From Octopus vulgaris (lineage: Eukaryota): a DNA stretch of 64,000 nucleotides. Under the pieces are notes generated by a model, which was not told the DNA's origin, did not search any database, and worked only from the letters and a program-made list of their open reading frames with translations. Position 1 is the first letter of the stretch, and each line of letters begins with the position of its first letter. Of the stretch, positions 41,595 through 54,827 are shown in pieces. The stretch is from assembly GCA_951406725.2 (NCBI GenBank), contig OX597830.1, forward strand, positions 58,776,001 through 58,840,000, read 5' to 3'. The position numbers and the translations under genes are program-made.

Positions 41595-43530
41595 CATACA
41601 TACATACATACATACATACATACATACATACATACATACATACATACATACATACATACATACATACATACATACATACATACATGCATACATACATACA
41701 TACATACATACATACATACATACATACATACATACATACAAACATACATACATACATACATGCACGCATGCATGCATGCATACATACAAACATACATACA
41801 TACATACATACATACATACAAACATACAAACATACATACATACAAACAAACATACATACATACATACATACATACAAACAAACATACATACATACATACA
41901 TAGAAACATACATACATACATACATACATACAAACATACATACATACATACATGCATGCAAACATACATACATACATGCATGCATACATACAAACATACA
42001 TACATACATACATAGAAACATACATACATACATACATACAAACATACAAACATACATACAAACAAACATACATACATACATACATACATACATACAAACA
42101 AACATACATACATACATACATACAAACATACATGCATACATACATACATACATACATACATACATACATACATACATACATACATGCATGCAAACATACA
42201 TACATACATACATACATACATACATACATACATACATACATACATACATACAAACATACATACATACATACATACATACATGCAAACATACATACATACA
42301 TACATACAAACATACATACATACATACATACATACATACATACATACAAACATACATACATACATACATACATACAAACATACATACATACAAACATACA
42401 AACATACATACATACCTACATACATACATACATGCAAACATACATACATACATACAAACATACATACATACATACATACATACATACACACATACATACA
42501 TACAAACATACATACAAACATACATACATACATACATACATAGAAACATACATACATACATACATACATACAAACATACATACATACAAACATACATACA
42601 TACATACATACAAACATACATACATACATACATACAAACATACATACATACATACATACATACATACATACATACATACAAACATACATACATACATACA
42701 CACATACATACATACATACATACATACATACATACATACATACAAACATACATACATACAAACATACATACATACCTACATACATACATACATACATACA
42801 TACATACATACATACATACATACATACATACAAACATACATACATACATACATACATACATACAAACATACATACATACATACATACAAACATACATACA
42901 TACATACATACCTACCTACCTACATACATACATACATACATACATACATACATACATACATACATACATACATACATACATACAAACATACATACATACC
43001 TACATACCTACATACATACATACATGCAAACATACATACATACATACATACAAACATACATACATACATACATACATACACACATACATACATACAAACA
43101 TACATACAAACATACATACATACATACATAGAAACATACATACATACATACATACATACATACATACAAACATACATACATACAAACATAATACATACAT
43201 ACATACATACATACAAACATACATACATACATACAAACATACATACATACATACATACATACATACATACATACATACATACATACATACATACATACAT
43301 ACATACAAACATACATACATACAAACATACATACATACCTACATACATACATACATACATACATACAAACATACATACATACATACATACATACATACAT
43401 ACAAACATACATACATACATACATACATACATACATACATACATACAAACATACATACATACATACATGCATGCATGCATGCATACATACATACATACAT
43501 ACATACATACATACATACAAACATACATAC
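41595..43530 (+). repeat. ~1.9-kb (CATA)n tract with CAAA, CATG, CCTA and TAGA variant units
   Basis: Direct inspection; source of the 679-aa and 556-aa HTYI ORFs. Confidence 0.97.
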
Positions 43531-43739
43531 GTAACCTGCCAAAATATCATGTACAAATCATAGGCTGGGTATTTCAGTCTATTCTTGCAGGATCCTTCTG
43601 CTACCAACATTATAACAGCTGAGCAAACTGAAGTAAAGAATTAGATGTAGGGAGCAGAGGGGTATACAGTTGTTAATAAGTAACAAAATGATCCAAACCC
43701 CCCCCCCACAAGAACTTAATGGTAATTGGACTACCTAAA

Positions 43740-45500
43740 GTCTTTTCATAGCTTATCGTATGGGTGGGTTATCAAAGTTTTATATTTAGTCAAAGCCCCA
43801 CAACATCTGGTGAGTGGTATTGAACGCCTGACAAAAACTTGGTGCGCCAATTTGCTCCTTGGAGTGATAAAGAGGAGATTGAGTTGGATAGCATTCACTA
43901 CAAAAAAGGCATCTTCCATTGCCTGTCAGTGTTGCTCTTCGTCCTCTCATTAAACCCACCCTCTTATCTACTCATAAAAAATAGTGGCCATAGAAATGGA
44001 TCCAGAAGTATCTCACATCATTTTCTTGTCATCGACCTGAAACCAAATGGGCCAAATATCAACTACAAAATAAAACAATTGCAGTCCATTACCCACCTTT
44101 TTTTTTTTACAAATATTGGAACGAAATTTGGTGAGTCCAAATGTGCCCTCCTCTGAAAACCTAAAACAGAACGGTTTGAAAATGCAACCTCTAAAGTCAG
44201 TTGACAATTATAGGTATCTCAGACAAGATGAGGATGTCACATATGAAGGACCCATAAATAAGAAGAGGACCAAGAGAGTAAAGAGGATATGGTGACTAGA
44301 ACTCTCATCTCACAACAAACATTACCCACACTTTTGCTATGCTTGTCCTAAAGCCTATGTTTGGTCTTCTAAACTGGTCACTACAAGAACTCAATAAGAA
44401 ACATGTTCCAACTCGCAAGCTGCTCAGTGTTACAGGAAATTTCAACATCAACAAAGATGTAGACATGCTTTATTCCCTACGCAAGGATGGTGGCCGTAGT
44501 TTAAAACCTGTTTGTCGCACATATTGTGACACTTAACCTACCTTTGCAGCAGAGGAAAGAATTTGTGCCCATGAAATCAACATAATTACGATAGCGAATG
44601 AATGTGAAGAGCGGTTTGAAACAAGAGCTGATACAAATCTTCCCCCTCGCCAGGAGCATTGGTAGAATCTATTCATTAGAAGAACAAAATAAAAAATGGA
44701 CCAGTTCACTGAGAAGATAGTACATGGGTGCTTGGCACGAGAAACACAAACCGAAGCGGAAACTGATCATGTCAAAAGCTTGGCATGGAGTAGGGATAAA
44801 TTTATGACATCACACTTTGAATGCTGCCTCCATGGAATGGAAGAACAAAAAAGATTCTCATCAGTACCTACAACACAAACAGCAGAAAACATTGACAGAC
44901 AACAAACGTAGGCTGTGTATGGCCAAGGCTGAAGACATCAACCATATTATTGTCAACTTTCCATGAGCCAGAAGAGTATGGAACAGGATAACAAAAAAGA
45001 AAACGCCTACGGACGAAGTTGACTATATTGAAATCGATGGGTAGAAAGAATAATGGGGGAACTTAAAAAATTTAAACAGCTGTGAAGTTAAAACACAACC
45101 GGTCACGTATTGTTGTGTGGGACCAAGAAAAAAAACGCTGTGGAAATCGGCTGTCCACTTGACACCAATGTGGTCAGAAAAATACAAGCGAAAGAGGAGA
45201 TCTGTAGACCATAGATAAGGTGTGTGTGCAAATCCAGTGCCCAAGATACACCTTCAGGTTCATACCTGTTATTACCGGAGCAACAGGATAAATACCAACC
45301 CATCTGGAATAAAATTTGGCTGAAGTTGGGATCTTTTGGAAAGAATACAAATCCTTAATCCATGTGCTACATGAGGGACTATATAAGTGTCTGCAAGACA
45401 TTCTTAACGTTTAAAGAATGATGGTTAAAACTAGATGCTTTCCTTCACAATCCTGTTACCAAGGAGGCGGTAGCTCAAAATATAGTTTAAATTAAAAAGA
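43740..45500 (+). mobile_element. Highly degenerate R4/NeSL-type (RLE) LINE fragment
   Basis: Residual motifs YRYL(R/G)QDE and NKDVDMLYSLRKDGGRSL, among many stops and frameshifts. Confidence 0.5.
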
Positions 45501-45574
45501 GAAAGAGAACATACATACATACACACACACACACGCACGCACAAACATACATACATACATACATACATACATAC

Positions 45575-46008
45575 ATGTTATGGCTGCCCCCTCGTTATCG
45601 AGTATGGCCATTGCACGAAGCTTGACTGTTACTGGTGCTGTGATCGAATGTGACTTTTTAGCCCAGCTAAAGATCTACAATGTCTTGTACAGAATTGGCA
45701 ACTAAAACCTTTACTGGTAATAGCCGGCTGTAGTTGCAACTGGGCTTCATGTACCTTTGCATGTCGTTTAAGTCCTCCTGCCGAATTACACTCTCTTCCA
45801 CATGCCCGACAAATATGATTAGTATGGTGTGTTACACCACCACCAGTGGCCAGGTTGTCACTCATCTGTCTCGTTTTATGACTACGAAGACGACTCATGA
45901 GTCCAGCTTTACTGAGGCAGGGTCTTGCACAGACATTGCATGTCAGAATCAAAGGAAGACCCTTCCCTTCTGGAAATGTAACAGCGATGCCCTTCCTGAT
46001 TTTCTAGG
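45575..46008 (-). mobile_element. RTE-type LINE 3' end encoding tandem C2H2-like zinc fingers
   Basis: CNVCARPCLSKAGLMSRLRSH, CRACGRECNSAGGLKRHAKVH and CQFCTRHCRSLAGLKSHIRSQH. A short 3' UTR runs into a (TATG)n tract. Confidence 0.65.
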
Positions 46009-46230
46009 AACATACATACATACATACACACAAGTATAGATTCACACAAATATATACATATATTTATAGACACAAGCACGTTTTGCGCGGATTGTTAAGG
46101 TCACTTCGCACTCAAAGAGATCCAGGCAGGGGAAGATTCCCCACACGCCATTGTCTGTACCAAGTATAGTTTCCTATTAATTATTCTTCTATTTCTGGTG
46201 CAACTTACTAGTTCCGCTTAAACTAGAGCG

Positions 46231-46269
<39 letters not shown>

Positions 46270-46979
46270 CCATATACAGACACACACATACACGCACATA
46301 CACATATAAACAGACGCGTATACGCATACACACATATTTATGCAACAGCACGCGCACGCGCGCACACGCACACACAAACACATATATGTGCACACACGGA
46401 CACACGCACACTTACGCACACGTACGCTCACGCACGAATACCCACACACAAATACGCACACAGACACTCACATATACACAATACAACACCCACACGCCCA
46501 CCCACGCACACACAAACGTACACATACATACGCACACACAAACACACACATTCGTACACGCTCACATGCACACACGGACAAACGCACAAACGTACAGAAA
46601 CGTACGCACACATACACACACATAAACATCGTGGGCTGTCCTGTCGTAGATGACAGGCGTTGTGCTAAAAGTTGAATTGTTTAAAATATTCTTGTGCATT
46701 TTTCCTGGATCTCTCGGTTGTCGAAGTTTGTAATTTCTAGGAATTATCATCATTCCATCATGTCGGTAAAAACTCCTTATGTCAAAGTGGACAACACAGC
46801 AGTTATCTTTGTTGGGATGAGATTAAAACTAATTGCGGAACTAGGGTTTTTCCGGTGTTAAAATTGGTGTTAGCTTAATTTTAGATAGCATCTTGTCCAG
46901 GAGAAAGTTGCTAATAATACTAAATAGAAAAATTGAACAATTGAGAATAAATAGATGAAAAAAATATACGTGCGTATAT

Positions 46980-49146
46980 AGGCGCAGGAGTGGCTATGTG
47001 GTAAGTAGCTTGCTAACGCACATGCGCTGTTAGTCAGTTTCTTCCAGTTGAACCAGAGTGGACGTGAGCTTGCCAGCTCCGTCCATTACAGAAAAAAGAA
47101 CAAAAACAGAGAAAGTTGTCGAGGTGAGTGATTTTGTTTGTTGTGAGTTGGGCATAATTTATTGCGTGCTAATTATTTTTTCAGTAAATTGTGCCCAGCT
47201 CTGCGACAATTTCGCCTGCTCTCGGCGGCTGCCGTTTTTGTGTTATTGGAAAAAAAAACAGTGGAGGGGCGTATCCTCGTTCGAATGATTGGAATCCAAT
47301 ACAGTTGCTGTTGAAGTTACCGTTGGCGGTGGCCAGTGCTGTGGTCAGTTTTGTTGGATTCATTTTACCAATTGGACATTTGGCCAGGAGTACCCTTTTC
47401 GGCCGAAAAATTTGATTCCTTTGTCTGAATTTGAACTCTCTTCTTCGAGCTGTCATTTATTTTAAAAAAAGAACTCTTTTTTGAACTGTTAATTATTTTA
47501 TTTCTTCTCTTCTATTGTGTTTTTCCTTCTCCTTTTTGTGTACTATTTCATTTTTTGAACTTTATTGAACTTTGTGTCAATGACAAAGGAATTTCTCGTG
47601 TGGGAGTTGACACCTCCCAAGAAATGGGTAAAAGAGCTGGAAAGGAAGACCATGGTGTTGAGAACGTATTCGAAGTCGCTCGACACCATAGCCGTCTTCC
47701 CGAAGGCCACAATTTTAAATGAGTTGGCGGACTACATGCCAGCCATTAAATTTATCTCACGGGGAGTCAAATATGCAACGGTTTGGTTGCTATTTGACTC
47801 CCCACCAGAAGCTTGCGACTTCGCAAGCCAGCCCCTTGAGGGCAAAGAAATATTGTTTCTCCCAAATTATATGGGAAAAAATTATTGAAAGCTTGGATCT
47901 GCGGCCTACCACCCGGAGTTGAGCCCGAGTGGATAGAGGACTCTATCCGCCGGGGTCTGGGTGGTAGCAGTACCAAGCTGCTGAATGTTAAAGTATTGCC
48001 TGCGGTTGATTGGGAGGGGTCAAAAGCTGTTTTGACCCTATAGACCCCATCAGCCGAAAGTCTGGTTTTCCCAGATTTCCTGAGGATGGCCGGGTCCAGG
48101 TATCCGGTGATGCTTGAGGGACGCCCCCCCCCCCCAAGTGTCACCTATGCCTGGAGACCGGCCACATTAAGAAAAACTGCCCCAGGGACCAAAATAGGAT
48201 CCTGGAGCAGTTAATGGTGGTACCTCTCCCTGATCCCCCAATGGAGGTTGTTACATCCTCAAAAAGAAAAAGAAAGGTGGGCAACAAGGGTGACCCACCG
48301 AAAGACCCTGGAGCTGCGGGAGAAAAAGAGGACCCGTTGTGTGCACCACAGAAACCTCACCCTCCCGCGGCCCAGGGAAAAAAAAAAAAAATAAAAAAGA
48401 GAAACGGGACGCCGCCGGCAGATTGTGACACGCGGACGGCGTTTTCCAAGCCTCCTCAGGCGGATGTGCCGCCGGAGGTCAGATATGTGGTCCTCTTCCA
48501 CAAAGGAGGAACCATCGAGAATGAAATAAGGAAAATGGAAAGGAGGGGCCAATGGGAGGGACTTCGGTCCTGCACGGAAGACCCTGAGTGACCTTCACAG
48601 GTAGCTGCGGAGGTCCTATGGGAAAGTGATCTGTGCAGGATCGTGAATTCCTTCCCGGAGGACTCATATAGATTTGTACCTGTGTGGTCTGGCCTGGAAC
48701 CGGGTGAGTGCTTCAATGAAGCAAGAGCGCTGGTCAGCCGGGTAACCTGAACTTTCTGTGTGTTTTAAAAGAAAAACAATAGAACATTGTATTATATTGA
48801 GTAAGAGGTTTATTGCCTCATTTGTGATTTTTTGAGAAAAGAACATTGTTTTAGAGAAGCGGAAGTCGGCGGGCGCTTTCGTCTTCTCCCATCATCATCA
48901 TTGTTCCATCACCATCATTCATACCATCAATGTCTATGTCCAGCCCGCAAAGCTGCATCTGTGTAATGCCCCTGTGGCAAATTAGATAAAATAAAGTAGC
49001 TTGCTTACCAACCACATGGTTCCGGGTTCAGTCCCACTGCGTGGCATCTTAGGCAAGTGTCTTCTGCTATAGCCCCGGGCCGACCAATGCCTTGTGAGTG
49101 GATTTAGTAGACGAAAACTGAAAGAAGCCCGTCGTATATATGTATG

Positions 49147-49205
<59 letters not shown>

Positions 49206-49426
49206 ATGTGTTTGTGTGTCTGTGTGTCTGTGTTTGTCCCCCTAGCATTGCTTGACAACCGATGCTGGTGTGTTTACGTCCCCGTCACTTAGCGGTTCGG
49301 CAAAAGAGACCGATAGAATAAGTACTGGGCTTACAAAGAATAAGTCCCGGGCTCTATTTGCTCGACTAAAGGCGGTGCTTCAGCATGGCCGCAGTCAAAT
49401 GACTGAAACAAGTAAAAGAGTAAAAG
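46980..49426 (+). mobile_element. Family C tRNA-derived (CORE-like) SINE interrupted by a 2-kb insertion
   Basis: Head GGCGCAGGAGTGGCT.TGTGGTAAGTAGCTTGCT at 46981-47014 resumes at 49006 (TACCAACCACATGGTTCCGGGTTCAGTCCC). An uninterrupted copy lies at 52639-52803. Confidence 0.9.
47015..48993 (+). mobile_element. ORF1-only (HAL1-like) non-LTR retroelement with a CCHC zinc knuckle
   Basis: 12-bp TSD AAGTAGCTTGCT (47003-47014 and 48994-49005). Frameshifted ORF ~47580-48750 with CHLCLETGHIKKNC at 48139-48180. A-rich 3' end with AATAAA. No RT or endonuclease motifs seen. Confidence 0.8.
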
Positions 49427-49685
49427 AGCAAAAAGAGTGCGTTAGTTTACATGTTAGTAATGGTCGGAAGTGAGTGGGAAAAGAACGTGCTAGATCTTTT
49501 GTCATTTATTTCACATACCATAGGATTTTACCCTGGCTTTTAGATTTGCACCCTTTCATTCAGTTGGATTACATCCATCTGTTTCTTTGTAGGAGTGATA
49601 AAGCTTGTTGAAGTGTCATCCGCGAAATTAAACTTTAGATTTTTAAAGTTAAAATATGATATTTGCAAATCCAGATGCTCTACTC

Positions 49686-49959
49686 TAGTGGTTCTCAACC
49701 AATTTTTAAATAAACCTATGGACACCTTTGATTCCTATTTTACTCAGAAGAACCCTCATAGCCATTCATTATTTAAAAACATTCATTGTTTAAATTTTTA
49801 TGATTAAATATTAGAAATTGTATTTAAAGATTGTTAAAATATTTTGTGTCTTGTATAACCAATTTATTGCAGATAAATTTTAACAACAAAGTCTTATATG
49901 TATCCCCAAATGTCCTATGGACACACAAGGGTCATGTGGACTCCGGTTGAAAACCCCTG
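49686..49959 (+). mobile_element. hAT (Charlie-like) MITE
   Basis: TIRs TAGTGGTTCTCAACC / GGTTGAAAACCCCTG and an 8-bp TSD CTCTACTC / CTCTATTC (7 of 8 match). Confidence 0.75.
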
Positions 49960-51127
49960 CTCTATTCTGTCTACCATGTTCAATTTCATTGGCGATCGTA
50001 TTCGCTTCTTCTTTGATGTCATGTATGGTTTAAAAACCTAATCGTTGGTGATTGCATTAAAGAAGAATTTATGGTATTTGTATTTGAGTTATAGATTTAT
50101 CTTTAGGGATTATACCTTCATTACAATCATTAGATATTTTCAGTATAGATTGTAAACCCTTCAGAAAGTAGTCCATGTCTTTTCTACATTTTATTCTTGA
50201 TCCATTTTCAATAGGTTCTCTTCGCAGTCTATTCAGTAGGAGTTAGTTTTCAGTTTTAAATGCAAAACTTAGAGATTACTCTTCGTCTATAGCATCTTTC
50301 CATGAGCCAGAAGAGTCTGGAACAGGATAACAAAAAAGAAAACGCCTACAGACGAAGTTGACTATATTGAAATCGATGGGTAGAAAGAATAATGGGGGAA
50401 CTTAAAAAATTTAAACTGCTGCGAAGTTAAAACACAACCGGTCACGTATTGTCACTACAATCTTTCTCTGAAATATTTTGTCATTTGAAATAAGCATTTT
50501 AAATAGACTTTCTTAGAGAGTAGTACAATGTTTTTGTCGATAGCCCAAGGTAGTGTTTCTGCATAATTTAACTACAAAAACGTTGATTAAACGTACTCTA
50601 CACAAACTAGCGAAATAGAAATATTTCAACAATATACCAACCAACAAAGTACTCAATACAGGTGGTAAAGTAATATTTAAGCAAATAAAGGAAAAGCTTA
50701 AAACATTCAGAAATCCTATTTTATTGCGGCTGTTTCTTCTGAATTTTCGGAAATAATATTAAATTGAATTGAAAAAACATTGCATTATGAGTTGGGAGAC
50801 AAATTTGCTGAGAGAGAAGGTAACTGAGAAAAAAGCATGGGATTATAGAAAGAATAAGAAGGTGAGACAGAGGTGGGAAGTTTGAGCATACAGAGTTATG
50901 TAAAAGAGAGAAGAATCAGTTAAAACTTTTGAAATAACGAATCAGTAAATGAGATAATCTCTAAAACTTATTTTTTTCAAATGCCGAGTGTGTAGGATGC
51001 AATACGGGCTGGGAAGAAGAAATTTCAAACGAATATCTTAAAGTAGAAGACTGTGAGCTCGAAACCTCGCAATATTTACTCTCTAAAGCAACGGTATTAC
51101 ATTATTAATAGTTACATACATACAGGG

Positions 51128-51420
51128 TGGAGGCACATGGCCTAGTGGTTAGAGCAGCTGAATCGTGGTTGAGGAATCGCTGGTTCGAATCTCAAACCAG
51201 GTGATATGTGTGTGTATGAGCGAAGCACCTAAGCTCCACGTGGCTCCGGCAGAAGGTAACGGCGAACTTCTGCTGACTCTTTCGCCACAACTTTTTCTCA
51301 CTCTTTCCTCCTGCATCTAGCAGCTCACCTGCGATGGACTGGTGTCCTGTCCAGGTGGAGAGCCTATACGCCAACGAAACTGGGAAACCGGCTCTTATGA
51401 GTCAGGCATGGGTCGAAAAG
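51128..51420 (+). mobile_element. Family B-related tRNA SINE
   Basis: TGGAGGCACATGGCCTAGTGGTTAGAGCAGC...GGTTCGAATC head; body homologous to 10471-10650. Confidence 0.75.
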
Positions 51421-51559
51421 GAGCAGGCAGACATGCATGCACACACACATATGTAAGAGATAATGGTGTCATTGAGACCCAAACAGCTGTAAGACCTTGT
51501 ATCTCTAAATGTCCTAATATCTACACAGCCTTGGTTTTTTTTATCTCATTACGCAAATA

Positions 51560-51627
<68 letters not shown>

Positions 51628-52119
51628 GTTTTGGAACAGTGGGTGTCGAAGCACATACAGCTATACATAGTAGAATGTAAATATTGAATAGAAAAATCCT
51701 TTTGAACAACCTTCAAATTTTTCTATTCAGAAAGTTTTTTCAAGTAGTAATTACATGCTACTATTTATAGGTTTATACGCTTCGAGATCCACTGTTTTCA
51801 AAAAAAAAAAAAAATTTATTTCTGGTTTTCTCAAAAGTGTATAAATTCTTATGACGTCAACAATATATACAAATATCTATAGCGGCACAAACACATACAC
51901 ATAGAAGCACATACACACAAACTTCACATAGGGATTGATAGTTCTCTGTCTGGTTCGACACTGAATTACCTGCTCATTGTATTAACGCGTAAGATCATTC
52001 CAAAGACAAATGTGTCCTTAATGTAATTCTCATTTGTCAGACAAACGTGCTCTTACAGCTCGCACCATGAGGATTTCGGCTACAATCAAATTCAAAATAC
52101 TGCAAACAGAGAGGATGGC

Positions 52120-52274
52120 CTGTCCAATTCGTAATAATTCGAGTTATGGTTACAGTCAATCTTCAGGTGATTGCTAAACCTCGCTAAGATAAATATTTCA
52201 ATCACCTGAAGATTGACTGTAACCATAACTCGAATTATTACGAATTGGACAGCCATGAAACGATCGTAGTGTTT
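52120..52274 (+). ncRNA. Hammerhead ribozyme (52200-52274) overlapping a perfect 54-bp inverted repeat
   Basis: CAC-CUGAAGA-U-UGACUGU...ACAGCCA-U-GAAA-CGAUCG-UA|GUG. Arms 52120-52173 and 52199-52252 are exact reverse complements. Confidence 0.75.
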
Positions 52275-52500
52275 TAATCATTATCTTTTATTAATCTTTT
52301 AATACTTTTGATATATATTTAAAATAATATAAATTAATTAATTTTATGTATTGGCTTAAGATTTTTATTGTTTGATTTGCCTAATAGTGGTTTTATCTCT
52401 AATTTAATATAATATAATATTTTACTATAAAATTGGATTCAATCCTAAATCTGATTTTTCTCTGTAAGTTTGGATTTATTCCCTAATATTTTATTATATA

Positions 52501-52549
<49 letters not shown>

Positions 52550-52638
52550 TATATACATATACATACATACATATATATATTATATGCATATTATATATAA
52601 ATATATATTTTCTATATATATATTATGTGGCTGTGTGA

Positions 52639-52803
52639 AGGCGCAGGAGTGGCTGTGTGGTAAGTAGCTTGCTTACCAACCACATGGTCTTGGATTCAGT
52701 CCCACTGCGTAGCATCTTGGGCAAGTGTCTTCTACTATAGCCTCGGGCTGACCAAAGCCTTGTGAGTGGATTTGGTAGACGGAAACTGGAAGAAGCCCGT
52801 CGT
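52639..52803 (+). mobile_element. Family C SINE 5' portion (intact head)
   Basis: GGCGCAGGAGTGGCTGTGTGGTAAGTAGCTTGCTTACCAACCACATGG...TCTTGGGCAAGTGTCTTC. Confidence 0.85.
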
Positions 52804-52813
52804 ATATGTATAC

Positions 52814-52862
<49 letters not shown>

Positions 52863-53369
52863 TATAAATAAAATACCTAATATGCTGGTCATTGATAGAA
52901 TTTTTTCGAACAATTTTATCTTATATTAGATATATATACACAGAGGTTTTATGTGTGTTTCCTTGTATAAAGGTTGTTTCATGAACTCCATCATTCTTTG
53001 AGGAATATTTAGAGGACTTTCAGATATTCAAAAACCTTTTGTATAAAATTCAAAACTTCTTAGAAAACTTTGCATTTTCCCAAACGCAGAATAGCACCGT
53101 ATCTATATGCGTATGCATCTATGTATGCATCTGTGTATAAATATATGCATCTGAGTGTACAGAATATTTATATGCTTCCATGTTTATGTACGTATGTGTG
53201 GATATTTGCTCATATGCATAAATTGTGTGATTATCCGCTTTTATATAAGCCCTCTCCTTATATACGTATGTAATAATGTGCTTATACATTCATGCTAATT
53301 AGTGTTTCCCCACTTCATTTCAATAATTAATTTTTAATTTAAATTAGGTTGGAATATTCTTCTATTCAA

Positions 53370-53640
53370 CTCACACTAGCTATATCTAAATTGTGTGGTC
53401 CACTTCAGACTGGATTTGAAGGTGGCTTTATACTTCCTTCTTGGACAAATGCGGATAAGACGGCCTCTCTCCAGTTTTTTGCAGAATAACTGTCGCGGCA
53501 TCTTGGATTTATCCATGTATGGCATCCAAGCCGAGCCTTTCAGATATTGACTTTAATGCTTGTAGAGTTGGTTCTGGCCAAGACTGCCAGGCAGGAGATG
53601 CGCTGTTGGATTAGCATATAAGGGCCTTTAAATGTCAGCT
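53370..53640 (-). mobile_element. Degenerate RTE-type LINE fragment
   Basis: Minus-strand MDKSKMPRQLFCKKLERGRLIRICPRRKYKATFKSSLK resembles the RTE 'RM.D.RIPKQ.LYGEL..G.R..GRP..RYKD..K..L' segment. Confidence 0.45.
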
Positions 53641-54562
53641 AGTGGGAAACGGGTAAAAGAAGATATTAAGATTAAACAAAAAGGGGAAAAAAGAAAAGAA
53701 ATCATATTGCAAACTGGTATAATGAATCAACATGTGCATCTAATAAAGGGAGATGATTAACGAAAAAGGGAAGCGTAGTTTATAGGGAGAGCGTAAGGGA
53801 GAGTGTAGGGGTTTCAATTACAAATTGTATTTGTAATGTGCGAGTTAGTTTATTTTTCTGAAAACGTTAGCTTATCCATATTGTCATTTAGACATTTACC
53901 CACAAAACCATATGTACCAATTATTATTGGTATGAATGTGAACTTATATGTTTGTATGTATGTATGTATGTGTGTATGTGTGTATGTATGTATGCATGTA
54001 TGTATGTATGTATGTATGTATGTACGTATGTATGTGTGTATGTATGTACGTATGTCATTCAGTTTTATTTCAAGGTTTGTTGCCAATAGAGAAAGAGCCG
54101 GTTTCTAACCTAGATCCAAGGCTCCTTTATTGGAATTTCAACATCAACAATAAGGTAATTTTGTATGTATATATATGTTCAGATTTGTATGTTTTGTATT
54201 ATGTATGTATTCTCATGCATAGAGTTTCATATCTAGACATGCTCATATATATTTAAGTGATAAACCTTTGGAAAGTTTTACAGATCTTTACAGATCCAGT
54301 GATGGATTGTATGTATGTATGTATGTATGTATGTATGTGTGCTCTGCTTCAACAGTGGGATATACACAGATAGTACATAATTAACATATATATATATTTA
54401 TATATATATATAGGTGAATGAATTATCCTATGTTTATCGTCAGCATGGAAATTTCGTTGAACCGATACCAGGGTAGCAAATTCACGTCAGAAACACGGTT
54501 GAAGCGACCTGTCCAAGGGTAGAAACTCCGGGTTCATGTGCAGAAATTTGTGTGTTATATAT

Positions 54563-54827
54563 GAATAAATGAAAGAATGGAGTCGAACGAAGATGTTAAC
54601 AAAATTCCTTTACTCTCGACATATGTTTCGAAGACAACATAGTTTAATTCCAAAGAAATAAAGGGTGCAAGATGCAATCTTCTCAAAGGCTTCCTTTCTT
54701 TCCTGATGAGAAGATTGCATCTTGCACCCTTTATTCCTTTGGAATGAAACCATGTTACTTCGAAACATATGTCGAGAGTAAAGGAATTTTGTTAACATCT
54801 TCGTTCGACTCCATTCTTTCATTTATT

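Noticed and set aside
41495-43622. 679-aa, 556-aa and other long HTYI/MYVC ORFs
   Set aside because: They are translations of a stop-free (CATA)n microsatellite. The same applies to 9155-9890 and the many (TA)n, (CA)n and (TAA)n ORFs.
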